61,551 bases of DNA, filler included, from Nitrospinae bacterium RIFCSPLOWO2_12_FULL_45_22 (GCA_001803565.1; 5 parts of 5 records of this genome joined end to end with filler, not necessarily neighbours in it), one strand, 5' to 3'; numbered from the whole stretch's first letter, positions 1-9,550 are shown. Numbers and translations: made by a program. Notes: generated by a model not told the origin, from the sequence alone.

Positions 1-29
1 CAGGCTTCAGCCCTGAGTTACCCAAGACC

Positions 30-52
30 GTAGCTCAACCCTTTAGGGTTGA
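30..52 (+). repeat. GTAG-type REP palindrome
   Basis: GTAGC followed by TCAACCCT-TT-AGGGTTGA hairpin; related imperfect hairpins at 1-17 and 55-70. Confidence 0.6.
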
Positions 53-145
53 TTAAGGCTAAAGCCTTGAGTTTCAGGAGCTTTCTATGGAAAAAGCTAT
101 CATCATAATAGGTCTATTAGTTACTACCTTATCTATACCTGCCCA

Positions 146-1363
146 TTAATCTAATAGTTCTAGGAATTCGTCAATCCGGTTCCGCATTTCATGGCCATCA
201 TATTCCCGAAAATCGGCCAGATCACCCGTAAGGTTCAAGGTAGGAACCCCAAATTCCTTCTTTATCATATCCTGGACAGCTTTCTGACCACCGCAGTATT
301 GCCGGCAGCCCAAATGAGAATACATCACCACACCGTTGATCTGGTAGTCCTGGATAAGTTGGCGGGTTAAGGCCAGCCGTTTCCCTAAAACACCAAAGAA
401 ATTAGCACCGATATATTTTCTTGCTAAGCTTTCAAAAGGATTTTGGGGGTCCAGATGGGCCAAATAGAAGGCATCAATATCAGATTTTACCAGCACCGCA
501 CCAAACTCTTCGAAATAATTAAGGACACCCGTATCATAATTGATAATGGGGCCAAGCCAGAGTAAACGATACCTCTCCTCTTCGATAACCCCGATCCGGT
601 CTTTTACCCGGGATTCGACCTCTTTTAACAGCACTTGATAGAAGCCCACAGCCATCTTGGTCCCTAAAAGCTGCATCAATGGGTACATAGTCCCAGCTTC
701 ATCCACTACGCCCATAGGGCAGGGTATATTTTTCCTTAACTCACTAATTTCCAGCCAGAGATCGGTAGCCTCTTTTGCCAGGACCATAGATTCCTGGAAC
801 CTCTCCTCTTCCAGAGACGAATGGGTAATTTCTTCTACAAATTGTATCAATTCTTCCAGTTGATGCCGGTAATACTCCAGAGGTTCGGGGTCTACCCCCT
901 CAGAATTGCCACTATGAAAATCCAGCGGGGTATCTAGATAGAAATAAGGTATCTGGAAATGGTCTACAATAGGCATGAAGGCCTTACTACCACCATCACA
1001 GATATTTGCCGCGATAAGAAAATCTGGTTCTGGGATCATCAACTCTTCACCAGAGACACCATAACCTATCATGATCCGATGGTAAGAGCATGCACTGGTG
1101 GGGTAACCAAGCTGATCGGCCCTGTCCAGATAAGGGGCTACTACTTGTTTAGTGGCAAGGAGGGAAGAGAAATGCTCGGTCATCATAGGCATTATTTCAA
1201 AGGCATGGAGCAGTTCTATGGGGGGCATCAGAACCGTCCAGGCTACCGCTATCCCCTCTTTCCTGGCCTTTCTAGCCTTGGCATAGTAATCTTTAGCCAG
1301 GGGCCAGACTTGCCTGGCTACCTGTAATTGCTTGCGGGAACTCGTCAATCTTTGTTTACTCAT
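146..1363 (-). CDS. 2-hydroxyacyl-CoA dehydratase subunit (HgdA/B, FldB/C, BcrB/C family)
   Basis: CSYHR, NICD and HLGCRQ Cys motifs; C-terminal GVPTLNLTGD..D; 405 aa. Confidence 0.88.
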   Translation of the reverse strand: MSKQRLTSSRKQLQVARQVWPLAKDYYAKARKARKEGIAVAWTVLMPPIELLHAFEIMPMMTEHFSSLLATKQVVAPYLDRADQLGYPTSACSYHRIMIGYGVSGEELMIPEPDFLIAANICDGGSKAFMPIVDHFQIPYFYLDTPLDFHSGNSEGVDPEPLEYYRHQLEELIQFVEEITHSSLEEERFQESMVLAKEATDLWLEISELRKNIPCPMGVVDEAGTMYPLMQLLGTKMAVGFYQVLLKEVESRVKDRIGVIEEERYRLLWLGPIINYDTGVLNYFEEFGAVLVKSDIDAFYLAHLDPQNPFESLARKYIGANFFGVLGKRLALTRQLIQDYQINGVVMYSHLGCRQYCGGQKAVQDMIKKEFGVPTLNLTGDLADFREYDGHEMRNRIDEFLELLD

Positions 1364-1374
1364 CTCCTACCGCA

Positions 1375-2127
1375 CTACCCTACTTCAACGGGAACTCGAG
1401 CCTTCTCAATCTCTTCTATAACCTCTTTAGCAGTCCTGACATTAAAGAAGAATAAGGCACCGTAAGTATAGAGCAGAATCCTATGCCCGGTCTCGGTTAA
1501 GGTGGTAGAGGCATCATCAACCACTATGACCTTATAGCCCCGGTCATTGGCCTCAATAGCGGTGTTATACAGGCAGCAGTCGGACTCTACCCCGGTAATA
1601 ATGAGGGTATCTATGCCCATATCTTGCAGGATCTGATGGATATTAGAAGTAGCAAAAGCCCCGGAAGATTTCTTTAGAATAACCGGCTCCCCCTTTTGGG
1701 GCTTGATCTCCTCCCGAATCTCAAACTCCTTGGTGCCGGGCCGACTCTTATTATAACCGATCTTTGGGTAGGCTATGCGCCAGGTTTCGGGCAGGTCTGA
1801 CATGTCCTCCTTCTCACAGCCCATAGTTGTATAAAGCACCTTCAGATCATTCTGCCTGAATAGGTCTAATAACTTTTTTATGTTAGGTATCACTGCATTG
1901 TCTATCCGATCGTAAAAATAATCTGCCGGTAGACCAATTAGTGAGAAACGGGGTCCAATACCATAGTCCCGGTGAGCACAGACATAGTTCATATCCAGGA
2001 CAATAAGGGCGCTCCTCTCTGGTACAATATCATAATGGGGTACAATGGGTTGGACTTTATTAAGGATTTTAGCATCCTTCCACACAGTTCTAGTATCTTT
2101 TAGTCCGATCTTTTTCTTCCTGGCCAT
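1375..2127 (-). CDS. Isochorismatase-family cysteine hydrolase
   Basis: ALIVLDM, KKSSGAF, GVESDCC catalytic-triad motifs. Confidence 0.9.
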   Translation of the reverse strand: MARKKKIGLKDTRTVWKDAKILNKVQPIVPHYDIVPERSALIVLDMNYVCAHRDYGIGPRFSLIGLPADYFYDRIDNAVIPNIKKLLDLFRQNDLKVLYTTMGCEKEDMSDLPETWRIAYPKIGYNKSRPGTKEFEIREEIKPQKGEPVILKKSSGAFATSNIHQILQDMGIDTLIITGVESDCCLYNTAIEANDRGYKVIVVDDASTTLTETGHRILLYTYGALFFFNVRTAKEVIEEIEKARVPVEVG

Positions 2128-2143
2128 GGTATTCCCCTCCCTT

Positions 2144-2653
2144 TTATTGTTTAACTATTAAATCCCTTGTCTTCTCTCCTTCTGCTACTATTAACTCAGC
2201 GATTTTTTCGGTTATTCTCTCTATCACTTTTACTGCTTCTTTGTGATTTTCTTGCATTACCTTTAAGGTTTCCTTATGGCTTTCTTGCCGCCCGCTTTCC
2301 ATCCTATCCATTGTCTTCCTGAACTCCTGACGGCTCTCCTCCTGACCTTTATCTATCCTCTCCAAAAGCGCCCTGGCCTCCTGACTACCCACCTCATGCC
2401 GCTTTTGCATCTCATCCGTCGTCTTCCTGAACTCCTGACGACTCTCCTCCTGACCTTTATCTATCCTCTCCAAAAGCGCCCTGGCCTCCTGACGGCCTTC
2501 TTCTTGCCTTTTTTCTATCCTCTCCAGTATATCTCTGGTTGACTGGCTCTCTTTCTTGAGGGTTTTATTGTTTATTATTCCATAAAAGGTCAGGAAAACA
2601 CCCAGGATAGACGCCGTTAATCCCCATAGGGTTACCATTTCCCAGATACTCAT
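2144..2653 (-). CDS. Hypothetical protein: N-terminal TM helix plus repetitive coiled coil
   Basis: Hydrophobic residues ~5-27, then a 36-aa-period repeat QEARALLERIDKGQEESRQEFRKT; RBS GAGG upstream. Confidence 0.75.
   Translation of the reverse strand: MSIWEMVTLWGLTASILGVFLTFYGIINNKTLKKESQSTRDILERIEKRQEEGRQEARALLERIDKGQEESRQEFRKTTDEMQKRHEVGSQEARALLERIDKGQEESRQEFRKTMDRMESGRQESHKETLKVMQENHKEAVKVIERITEKIAELIVAEGEKTRDLIVKQ
2313..2493. repeat. Intragenic direct repeat, 108-bp period
   Basis: 2313-2385 and 2421-2493 match over 73 bp with 1 mismatch. Confidence 0.9.
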
Positions 2654-2806
2654 ATAGACCTCTCAATAAAAAAATACTTTAGCTGCCATTACGAGGAGCA
2701 TAAGCAACGACGCAATCTCGTCTAATGTGACAATATCAAAGTAATTATAGGGGATATAATAGATTAAAGGGTAAATTTAATCAAGCCTCTTGGTTCTTCT
2801 AAATAA

Positions 2807-4072
2807 TTAGAGGCCATATGCCTTATGCAGGGCTTGGATGGGATGGATAGGTTTGCTGCCGATAAGCTGTTGAATTTGTAAGGCTGATAGGGAGCAGTCA
2901 GTTACTACCAGGTCAAATGCGCTATCTTTGATTTCCTTTATCAAGGGCTGGGCTATCTCTAAGGAAAGCCGATGGTATTCCTTTTTCATGCCCCAGGTAC
3001 CATCCATACCCGAACATCTCTCAATAGTCTTTATCTGAGTAGCTGGCACTAGTTGAAGTAAGTCCCGCGATTTATACCCAATATTCAATACCTTTAAATG
3101 GCAGGGGAAATGATACGCAATATGGCCCAGGCTTTGAGGGAAACGGGTATTAAGCTGTTGTTCTTTTTGCAGCTTCACCATTAGATACTCACAGATGTCG
3201 TAGGTATGGGCAGAAACGGTGGAGCTATCTTCTCCGGGGAGCAGAAAAGGATACTCTTTTTTCAGCATATAGCAGCAGGTAGGACCCAATGCTATTAGAT
3301 CATGCCCCTGGGCGATAGCGCCAGTCAAGGATTTTAGGTTAAAATTTATATTCTTTAAGGCGGGCCCTACGGCACCACTATCTAAATAGGGCATACCACA
3401 GCAAACCTGTTCCGGACAACTTACCTCTATCCCGTTATGCTCCAGGACTTCTACTGCCGCCCGACCAATCTCGGGCGCATGATAGTTGACAAAGCAGGTA
3501 TAAAATAAGGCTACCTTTCTATTACCACGGCCCTTCACCTTCAGACCTTTACGTTTCTTAAACCATTTCACAAAGGTCTCTCTGTGATACTGAGGTAAAA
3601 TCCTCTCCCGATGGATCCCAATCACAGCATGCATAACCTGCCGGTTCCAGGCAATAGAGTTCAGCCAGTTAGACAGAGGGGCGGTCTTGCTCCCCCATTT
3701 GCCCAGCAGTTCGGGATTAGAGATAATCCTCTGGCGGTAAGGCCAGCCATGCTCTTTTATGTGCAGGGCCTTTGCCCGCAACATAAGCCGCGGATAATCA
3801 ACCTCCCAACGGTGAGGCGGTATATAGGGGCAGATAGGATAACAAAGCTTGCATTGGTAACACAGATCTATAATATTGTTTATCTGCGCGGGTTCTAAGC
3901 GCCCCACCTCACCATCTTGCTCATCTATATAGGCAAAAAACCGCTCAAACGATGGGCAGAGCTTGAAGCAAATCCGACACCCCTGACATATATCAAATAC
4001 TCTCCGTAACTCGTTATCCAGCGCTATTGGGTCCCAAAAATCTGGTGCTTCCAGGCTGACAGGCATTTTCAA
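2807..4072 (-). CDS. Fe-S oxidoreductase (GlpC/HdrD-like: 4Fe-4S dicluster + CCG domains)
   Basis: CQGCRICFKLCP, CYQCKLCYPICP, CCGMP, CSGMDG motifs. Confidence 0.88.
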   Translation of the reverse strand: MKMPVSLEAPDFWDPIALDNELRRVFDICQGCRICFKLCPSFERFFAYIDEQDGEVGRLEPAQINNIIDLCYQCKLCYPICPYIPPHRWEVDYPRLMLRAKALHIKEHGWPYRQRIISNPELLGKWGSKTAPLSNWLNSIAWNRQVMHAVIGIHRERILPQYHRETFVKWFKKRKGLKVKGRGNRKVALFYTCFVNYHAPEIGRAAVEVLEHNGIEVSCPEQVCCGMPYLDSGAVGPALKNINFNLKSLTGAIAQGHDLIALGPTCCYMLKKEYPFLLPGEDSSTVSAHTYDICEYLMVKLQKEQQLNTRFPQSLGHIAYHFPCHLKVLNIGYKSRDLLQLVPATQIKTIERCSGMDGTWGMKKEYHRLSLEIAQPLIKEIKDSAFDLVVTDCSLSALQIQQLIGSKPIHPIQALHKAYGL

Positions 4073-4184
4073 ACCTTTCTCTGTATCCCCCGTGGCTCTA
4101 TGGTTAATTTTCTCTGGCTATCTCCTGGGGCAAAGGGCCAGGGTTAGATTATTCTTAATTACTTCTTAATTGCTTTAATTCGAT

Positions 4185-4613
4185 TCACTTCAGTCCCTCT
4201 AATGCCTTCTGAAAACGCCCGGCATGAGATTTTTCGGCCTTGGCCAGGGTCTCAAACCACTCCGCTATTTCTACAAAACCCTCTTCCCGGGCTGTCTTGG
4301 CAAATCCTGGATACATCTGGGTATACTCGTAGGTCTCACCAGCAACAGCCGCCTTGAGGTTCTTCTCGGTATTACCAATAGGTAGCTCAGTGGCAGGGTC
4401 GCCTATCTGAGCCAGAAAATCCAAGTGCCCAAAGGCATGTCCGGTCTCTCCTTCAGAGGTATCCCGGAATACTCCAGCAATATCCGGGTAGCCCTCTATA
4501 TCAGCTTTTCGGGCAAAATAGAGATATCTCCTATTCGCCTGAGACTCCCCAGCAAAAGCCGCCTTTAGATTCTCAAAGGTCTTACTACCTGCCAGATCCT
4601 TAGCCATATACAC
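4185..4613 (-). CDS. rbr: Rubrerythrin (short form, no rubredoxin domain)
   Basis: [29 protein letters not shown] diiron ligands. Confidence 0.92.
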   Translation of the reverse strand: MYMAKDLAGSKTFENLKAAFAGESQANRRYLYFARKADIEGYPDIAGVFRDTSEGETGHAFGHLDFLAQIGDPATELPIGNTEKNLKAAVAGETYEYTQMYPGFAKTAREEGFVEIAEWFETLAKAEKSHAGRFQKALEGLK

Positions 4614-4859
4614 TTACCTCCTTTCCTGAAGATTCTGCTTTTTTACACCCCAACCCTTTGCCCCTTCTAGTAAAAAATAAAGGTAAGACAAGAAGGAGCA
4701 ATAAATATGCCACCCTACCCCCGGTTTTGCAAAAAAAGGTATTGTTGCCCCCTCTGAGTTCAAAGGAGAGCGCGAAACCCTCCCTTATGGTTAAGGGCAA
4801 AGGGAAGGGGTTACCGGGGATAACGTGCTTTTTCACCCGGCGCGTAACCGCTCGGTTAA

Positions 4860-5939
4860 CTAATATGACGCCCCAGAATGAAAGTTATCTGGTGGTTGAG
4901 GAATCACCCCCGAGGCCACTCGCTCATAAGTTATAGTCATAGGATTCCTATCCCATAGGTAATATTTTTTATCTACCTGACCAATCTTTAACAAGTCAGC
5001 CGTCCCCCAACCACAGGCATCAAAGCGATTAAATGGGTCTGCCCGGTCCATCTGTTGGGTATATTGGGGTAGCCCTTCAGGTGCATAAGGCCAGGGCCAG
5101 GCAGTAGATAGCATGCCATGAAAAGTAATATTCTTTATTCGGTTGGTGAGGACTTGATGAGTATGGCCATGTATGACGGTAACTTTTTCATAAGGAGTCA
5201 GGATAGCCTGGACTTCATCGGCATCTTCGGTCCAGAAATTCCAGGGCCGGTAATACTTATAGAGAGGGGAATGAGAAAAGACTATTAGGGGGGTATCCTT
5301 TTTTACCTTAGCCAGGTCATCTTTTAACCAGGCCCTTTGCTCTTCCCCTACCATGAAGCGCCCCTGTACGGAATTATCCAGCCCGGCCACCGTCTTCATT
5401 CGCTCCATGGGGCTCATCTTCCTGGCCGTCCAAAAATCCTCTTCAATCACACTGTTTAATACTACAAAATGTATCCCTTTATGGTCAAAAGAATATCGGT
5501 CTTTGCCGAATAGCTCCCGCCACTTCTCTCCCATATCCAGGTACCAGTCATGCTCCCCCACCATCATGTAAGTCTTGGCCTTAAGCCGGGAAAGTATCTC
5601 CTTGCCTAACTCCAACTCCTCTTTCTGGCCCAACTGGGCTAAGTCTCCACCAAAGAGGATAAAATCTGGTTGGGGCTCCAGGCTATTCGCATCATCTATC
5701 GCCCGTTCAAAATTCCTTATGAAGCGATGTTCGGGGCTACGGGCATACAGATGCGTATCAGAGATATAAGCAAAGGTAAAGGACGGCTGGGGCTCAGCGG
5801 CAGATACTATTTTGAAAAGGCCGCTAAAGTAAACCCCAGCGGCAGCAGAAGCAGAGAGCCTTATAAAACCCCTACGGGTCAATCCTGTTTCCATGTTATC
5901 CACCTCCTCTTTAAACGGCCCTAAAAGACCGGGCTTCAT
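4860..5939 (-). CDS. Tat-exported calcineurin-like metallophosphoesterase
   Basis: TRRGFIR Tat motif; DTH, GGD, GEHD, HSP, GHTH metal motifs. Confidence 0.88.
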   Translation of the reverse strand: MKPGLLGPFKEEVDNMETGLTRRGFIRLSASAAAGVYFSGLFKIVSAAEPQPSFTFAYISDTHLYARSPEHRFIRNFERAIDDANSLEPQPDFILFGGDLAQLGQKEELELGKEILSRLKAKTYMMVGEHDWYLDMGEKWRELFGKDRYSFDHKGIHFVVLNSVIEEDFWTARKMSPMERMKTVAGLDNSVQGRFMVGEEQRAWLKDDLAKVKKDTPLIVFSHSPLYKYYRPWNFWTEDADEVQAILTPYEKVTVIHGHTHQVLTNRIKNITFHGMLSTAWPWPYAPEGLPQYTQQMDRADPFNRFDACGWGTADLLKIGQVDKKYYLWDRNPMTITYERVASGVIPQPPDNFHSGASY

Positions 5940-6097
5940 CTTCAGAAAAAGATTTGGGTGTGTCTATTCCCTGTCAGAAATCCATTAAACCTGTAGTGGC
6001 AGAGCCGGGTACCCGTTGGGCGCTGCAAGGAAATTCAAGGCCCCTTCGGCAGGCCCAGGGCAAGATTTCGAGGCCGAAGGCTTGCTCGACATCGTCT

Positions 6098-6754
6098 CTA
6101 GTGTTTGCCGGGTTCTACGGGTTTATTTTTCCGATTAAACAGGATGTATGCCTCCATAGCCCTCATCCTCGGATCATCCTCAGCCAGTTTCTTACCCTCC
6201 AGGGGATTCTCAATACACCAGTTGACCATATCCCGCAGTAGGGCCACTTTCTTTAATTGCACTTGAAACTTGGGGTAGGTCTCAGGGTGGGTATTAGCGG
6301 CATCAGGATGACACATATCGCAAGAGACGCCATTAGTACCCAGGTTAGGGTCATGAAAAACCTTATGCCCTTCGTCAATGTTTCTCTTTAGCTCCTTCTC
6401 CCATATCATCATCTCTCGCTTAGTATGGGGGGTGCCACCATGGGCATACAGGTTCGATCCTGGTTCCTGGTTAGTTTTAATCTCTTTCATAGTTTGGTAC
6501 TGTTCCCAAAGGAGGCTAGCAACTTGCTGGGCTTGCTGCCGGGGCATCCTTTCACCCGGTACTGCCCCTGCTACTCTTATTAAAACCTTGGTCTCGCCAT
6601 CACAGAGCTTGAATATCCGCTCCCCTTTGGTTACCGGAGGAATTTTTTCGGTACAGGGCATAGTCCCCAGAAATTGCGCTCCACCGGCATATGCACCAGC
6701 GGCTATTACCAGTATCATCAAAGCTGACCACCATAACCACTTATTCATGATCAT
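6098..6754 (-). CDS. Periplasmic monoheme cytochrome c, TsdA/SoxA-like domain
   Basis: Signal peptide; CDMCH; YPKF...LRDMVNWCIENPLEG. Confidence 0.8.
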   Translation of the reverse strand: MIMNKWLWWSALMILVIAAGAYAGGAQFLGTMPCTEKIPPVTKGERIFKLCDGETKVLIRVAGAVPGERMPRQQAQQVASLLWEQYQTMKEIKTNQEPGSNLYAHGGTPHTKREMMIWEKELKRNIDEGHKVFHDPNLGTNGVSCDMCHPDAANTHPETYPKFQVQLKKVALLRDMVNWCIENPLEGKKLAEDDPRMRAMEAYILFNRKNKPVEPGKH

Positions 6755-6791
6755 CCCTCCTTCCTCTTAGTTATTGGTCATTAGTCATTGG

Positions 6792-7019
6792 GTAACAGTT
6801 CACGGGGGCCAGGGATCAGTTGTCAGGAAGGCTTTTCCTCAAAGACCTTCACGGGCTATTAAACCTTCGCTCAATCTCCAAATACCATTAGCACGAAATC
6901 ACGAAAACTACAGAAGACACGAAAAGCAACTTTTTTTTCGTGTGCTTAGTGTTCTTTCGTGCCTTCGTGAATAAAAGTCTTTTCCTGAACCCTGTTAACT
7001 AAACCCCGTAAACTGTTAC
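6792..7019. mobile_element. MITE-like element with IS66-type GTAA ends and 8-bp TSD
   Basis: TIR GTAACAGTTCACGGGG / CCCCGTAAACTGTTAC; GTCATTGG duplicated at 6784-6791 and 7020-7027. Confidence 0.8.
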
Positions 7020-7027
7020 GTCATTGG

Positions 7028-8149
7028 CTAGGGGGCTAGCTCTTGTAATTCTGCCCAATCAAAATTCGCCCCGCCTCTACTGGTAAGACTTTTCAGAAAG
7101 GCCACCAGATCCTTCTTCTCCTGCGCTGTAAGGTTCAGGGGGCGAATCCCGCCATCCAGGTTAGGATTAGGTTCTCCTCCTTTATTATAGAAATCTATCA
7201 CCTCCTCTAAAGTAGCCAGGCTACCATCATGCATATAAGGGGCTGTTAGCTCTATATTGCGGATGGTAGAGGTCTTGAAGGCCCCAATATCCTTGGTTTG
7301 TTTGGTAACCAGGTACCGACCCAGCTCAGAAGCGCCTTCTTCATGGGCTAATTTAGCTATATCGGGCTCTTTAGTGGCCTTACGGGCTAGCTCAGCAAAA
7401 TTCTTCCCATGTATAGCTACCCCGATATTATGGTATTTATTGTCAGTAAAGAAAGGGTAAGTCCGATTAAACTCATGACAGGTTATACACCGGGCCTTAC
7501 CCTGAAATAGCTCAAAACCCCTCTTAGCCTCCGGGCTAATAGCATTCTCTTTGCCTGCGATGAATTGATCAAACGGGGACTCCAGGGTAATAAGGGTCCG
7601 TTCAAAAGAGGCGATAGCTTGTGCTAGGTGCTCAATAGTAAGGTCTTCCGTCCCAAAGCTCTCTTTGAAGGCATTACTGTACTCCGGTATAGCCCGCAAT
7701 TTCTCTATCAGCGCATCATGGGATGGGAAGCCCATCTCCACCGGGTTGACCAGAGGCCCCTTAGCCTGTTCTTCCAGGGTTGGCGCCCGACCATCCCAGA
7801 ACTGCTCATCGTAAAAGGTGGCATTCAAGACCGTAGGAGAATTCCGTGCCCCTTTCTTACCCTGGATACCTTCGGCCACCTTCTTACTATCACTGAAGCC
7901 AAACTTGGGGTTATGACAGGTGGCACAGGAGACAGTATCGTCAATGGAAAGCCGTTTATCAAAATAGAGCTTCTTGCCCAGCTCAATCTTTGCTGGCGTA
8001 ATAGGATTATCCTCTGGGATCAATGGCTCAAGGACTTCCGGCGGCAGCTTCAATTGATACTGGTCTGTACCTTCCTGGGCATATAGGTAGTAAGGAAACA
8101 AGCAGAACAGGAACAAAAACAATACTACCCCAAAACAGCTCCTCCACAT
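7028..8149 (-). CDS. Diheme cytochrome c peroxidase (bCcP/MauG family)
   Basis: Signal peptide; CATCH, CITCH; RNSPT, QFWDGRA, TAPYMHDG. Confidence 0.92.
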   Translation of the reverse strand: MWRSCFGVVLFLFLFCLFPYYLYAQEGTDQYQLKLPPEVLEPLIPEDNPITPAKIELGKKLYFDKRLSIDDTVSCATCHNPKFGFSDSKKVAEGIQGKKGARNSPTVLNATFYDEQFWDGRAPTLEEQAKGPLVNPVEMGFPSHDALIEKLRAIPEYSNAFKESFGTEDLTIEHLAQAIASFERTLITLESPFDQFIAGKENAISPEAKRGFELFQGKARCITCHEFNRTYPFFTDNKYHNIGVAIHGKNFAELARKATKEPDIAKLAHEEGASELGRYLVTKQTKDIGAFKTSTIRNIELTAPYMHDGSLATLEEVIDFYNKGGEPNPNLDGGIRPLNLTAQEKKDLVAFLKSLTSRGGANFDWAELQELAP

Positions 8150-8282
8150 ATTTTTAAACCTCCATCCTTATGCTTATCAGCCAGACAAAAGACTAGAGCC
8201 ACTATGTACGTGATACTATTAGATTCAGTGAGTGGTTTTTTTTACAAGATGTCTCTCAGGTGGCTAGAATAATCTGAGTCCT

Positions 8283-8311
8283 AGAGTAACAAAACCCCAA
8301 AAATTTGTCAA
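8283..8311 (-). promoter_or_regulatory. Putative sigma70 promoter of the peroxidase cluster
   Basis: Minus strand TTGACA-17 bp-TACTCT. Confidence 0.5.
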
Positions 8312-8632
8312 ACAAACACCGAAGGGTAAAAAAATAAGGGTGCTAATAAGTGGGGGCAAAGGCGATATCCTGGACAAAGCCACCAAAGGCTTAGCCCTTT
8401 TGCTATTTTGGCTGGCCCTACTGTAGTCTGCCCCCGAGATTAAGTCGGTCAAAAACAAGATTAACCAGTTGAAATCTGTACCTTCCTTATTTAGAATATG
8501 GCTTAGCTAATATGGTTTTTTTTAGAAGGCCCCTCCTTGCAATACCAGAGCTGTCGAGGCAGGTTAAGTAGCTCAGCCGGATGCCGGAGAAGGTCTCTTC
8601 ATCTGCTCTCAATGATAAACCCGAAAACGTTC

Positions 8633-8671
8633 TTGCCTTATACACATAAATCTGCTATATTTTGTGTATAA
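8633..8671 (+). promoter_or_regulatory. vapBC promoter with inverted-repeat operator
   Basis: TTGCCT-17-TATATT; perfect IR TTATACACA (8638-8646) / TGTGTATAA (8663-8671). Confidence 0.65.
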
Positions 8672-8691
8672 TATAGAGGGAGGGTGTCCTT

Positions 8692-8892
8692 ATGTTAAGG
8701 ACAAATATCGAAATTGACGAAAAGCTGATAGATGAGGCCATGAAACTCACTCATATGAGCACCAAGAAGGAGCTCGTAAATTACGCTCTCAAGGAACTCG
8801 TGCGTAAAATCAAGCGAAAAAAAGTCCTTGAGCTTGAGGGTAAGGTGGAATGGACAGGCGACCTCGCTGAGATGAGGAAAAGCAGGATATGA
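8692..8892 (+). CDS. vapB: VapB-family antitoxin
   Basis: RTNIEIDEKL RHH-like N-terminus; ATGA overlap with a PIN gene. Confidence 0.9.
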   Translation: MLRTNIEIDEKLIDEAMKLTHMSTKKELVNYALKELVRKIKRKKVLELEGKVEWTGDLAEMRKSRI

Positions 8893-9290
8893 TCCTCGTT
8901 GACACCAGCGTCTGGGTAGACTTCCTGAAGGGCATAGACTCTCGTGAACGCCGGATGCTTCATCGGCTCATTGATGACGACGAGGAAATATCCATTACCG
9001 AGATAATCCTTACGGAAATCCTCCAGGGCATCAAGGAAGATAAGGATTTTCGGAGGATGAAGGCTTACCTACTGGAATTCCCGATTCATAGACCGAAGGG
9101 CACAGAGACCTATCTGAGGGCGGCCCATATCTACAGAGACTGCAGAAGAAAGGGCAAGACCGTCAAGAAAACAGTCGATTCTATCATAGCCGCTATATGC
9201 ATGGAAAACGACCTGACCCTTCTTCACAAGGACAGCGATTTTGACTTTATTGAGGCATGCTCCGGTCTAAAATGTTATAGCATAGGATAA
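8889..9290 (+). CDS. vapC: VapC PIN-domain toxin
   Basis: ILVDTSVW, EILQG, DSIIAA, LLHKDSDF. Confidence 0.92.
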   Translation: MILVDTSVWVDFLKGIDSRERRMLHRLIDDDEEISITEIILTEILQGIKEDKDFRRMKAYLLEFPIHRPKGTETYLRAAHIYRDCRRKGKTVKKTVDSIIAAICMENDLTLLHKDSDFDFIEACSGLKCYSIG

Positions 9291-9403
9291 AATGCCACTC
9301 ATAGAGCCGTATATACCCACCCCTCAAGAACAGTATGAGCTTGACTTTACATTAAACCCACCGCACCTCTTAACCACCTTTGGGTGTAGTGGATAGTATT
9401 AAC

Positions 9404-9448
9404 TGGCTCCACGGGAGGGACTCGAACCCCCGACCAAGTGGTTAACAG
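9404..9448 (-). pseudogene. 3' half of tRNA-Asn(GTT), probable att-site duplication
   Basis: Minus strand CTGTTAA-CCACT-TGGTC-GGGGGTTCGAGTCCCTC-CCGTGGAG-CCA; no matching 5' acceptor strand or 5' anticodon stem upstream. Confidence 0.85.
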
Positions 9449-9528
9449 TAACTCTACCTAATAATGGCTATTTCAAATACCCTTATTTATCAAGGGTTTT
9501 CAGGACAGTGAAAAGTATCATTGGCCTT

Positions 9529-9550
9529 ATTTTGGGGTCATTTTGGGGTC
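9529..9550. repeat. 11-bp tandem direct repeat, possible integrase arm sites
   Basis: ATTTTGGGGTC x2, about 80 bp from the tRNA fragment. Confidence 0.55.

Noticed and set aside
2313-2493. Possible CRISPR array
   Set aside because: Only two long units, in-frame within a coding gene; no cas genes or repeat-spacer array anywhere in the window.
8520-8630. Possible SAM-I riboswitch on the minus strand (TTATC..GAG)
   Set aside because: The rest of the consensus and the closing P1 strand could not be found; no related downstream gene.
9404-9480. Complete tRNA-Asn gene
   Set aside because: A GGTAGAG is present upstream, but the 5' acceptor and anticodon-stem strands do not pair.
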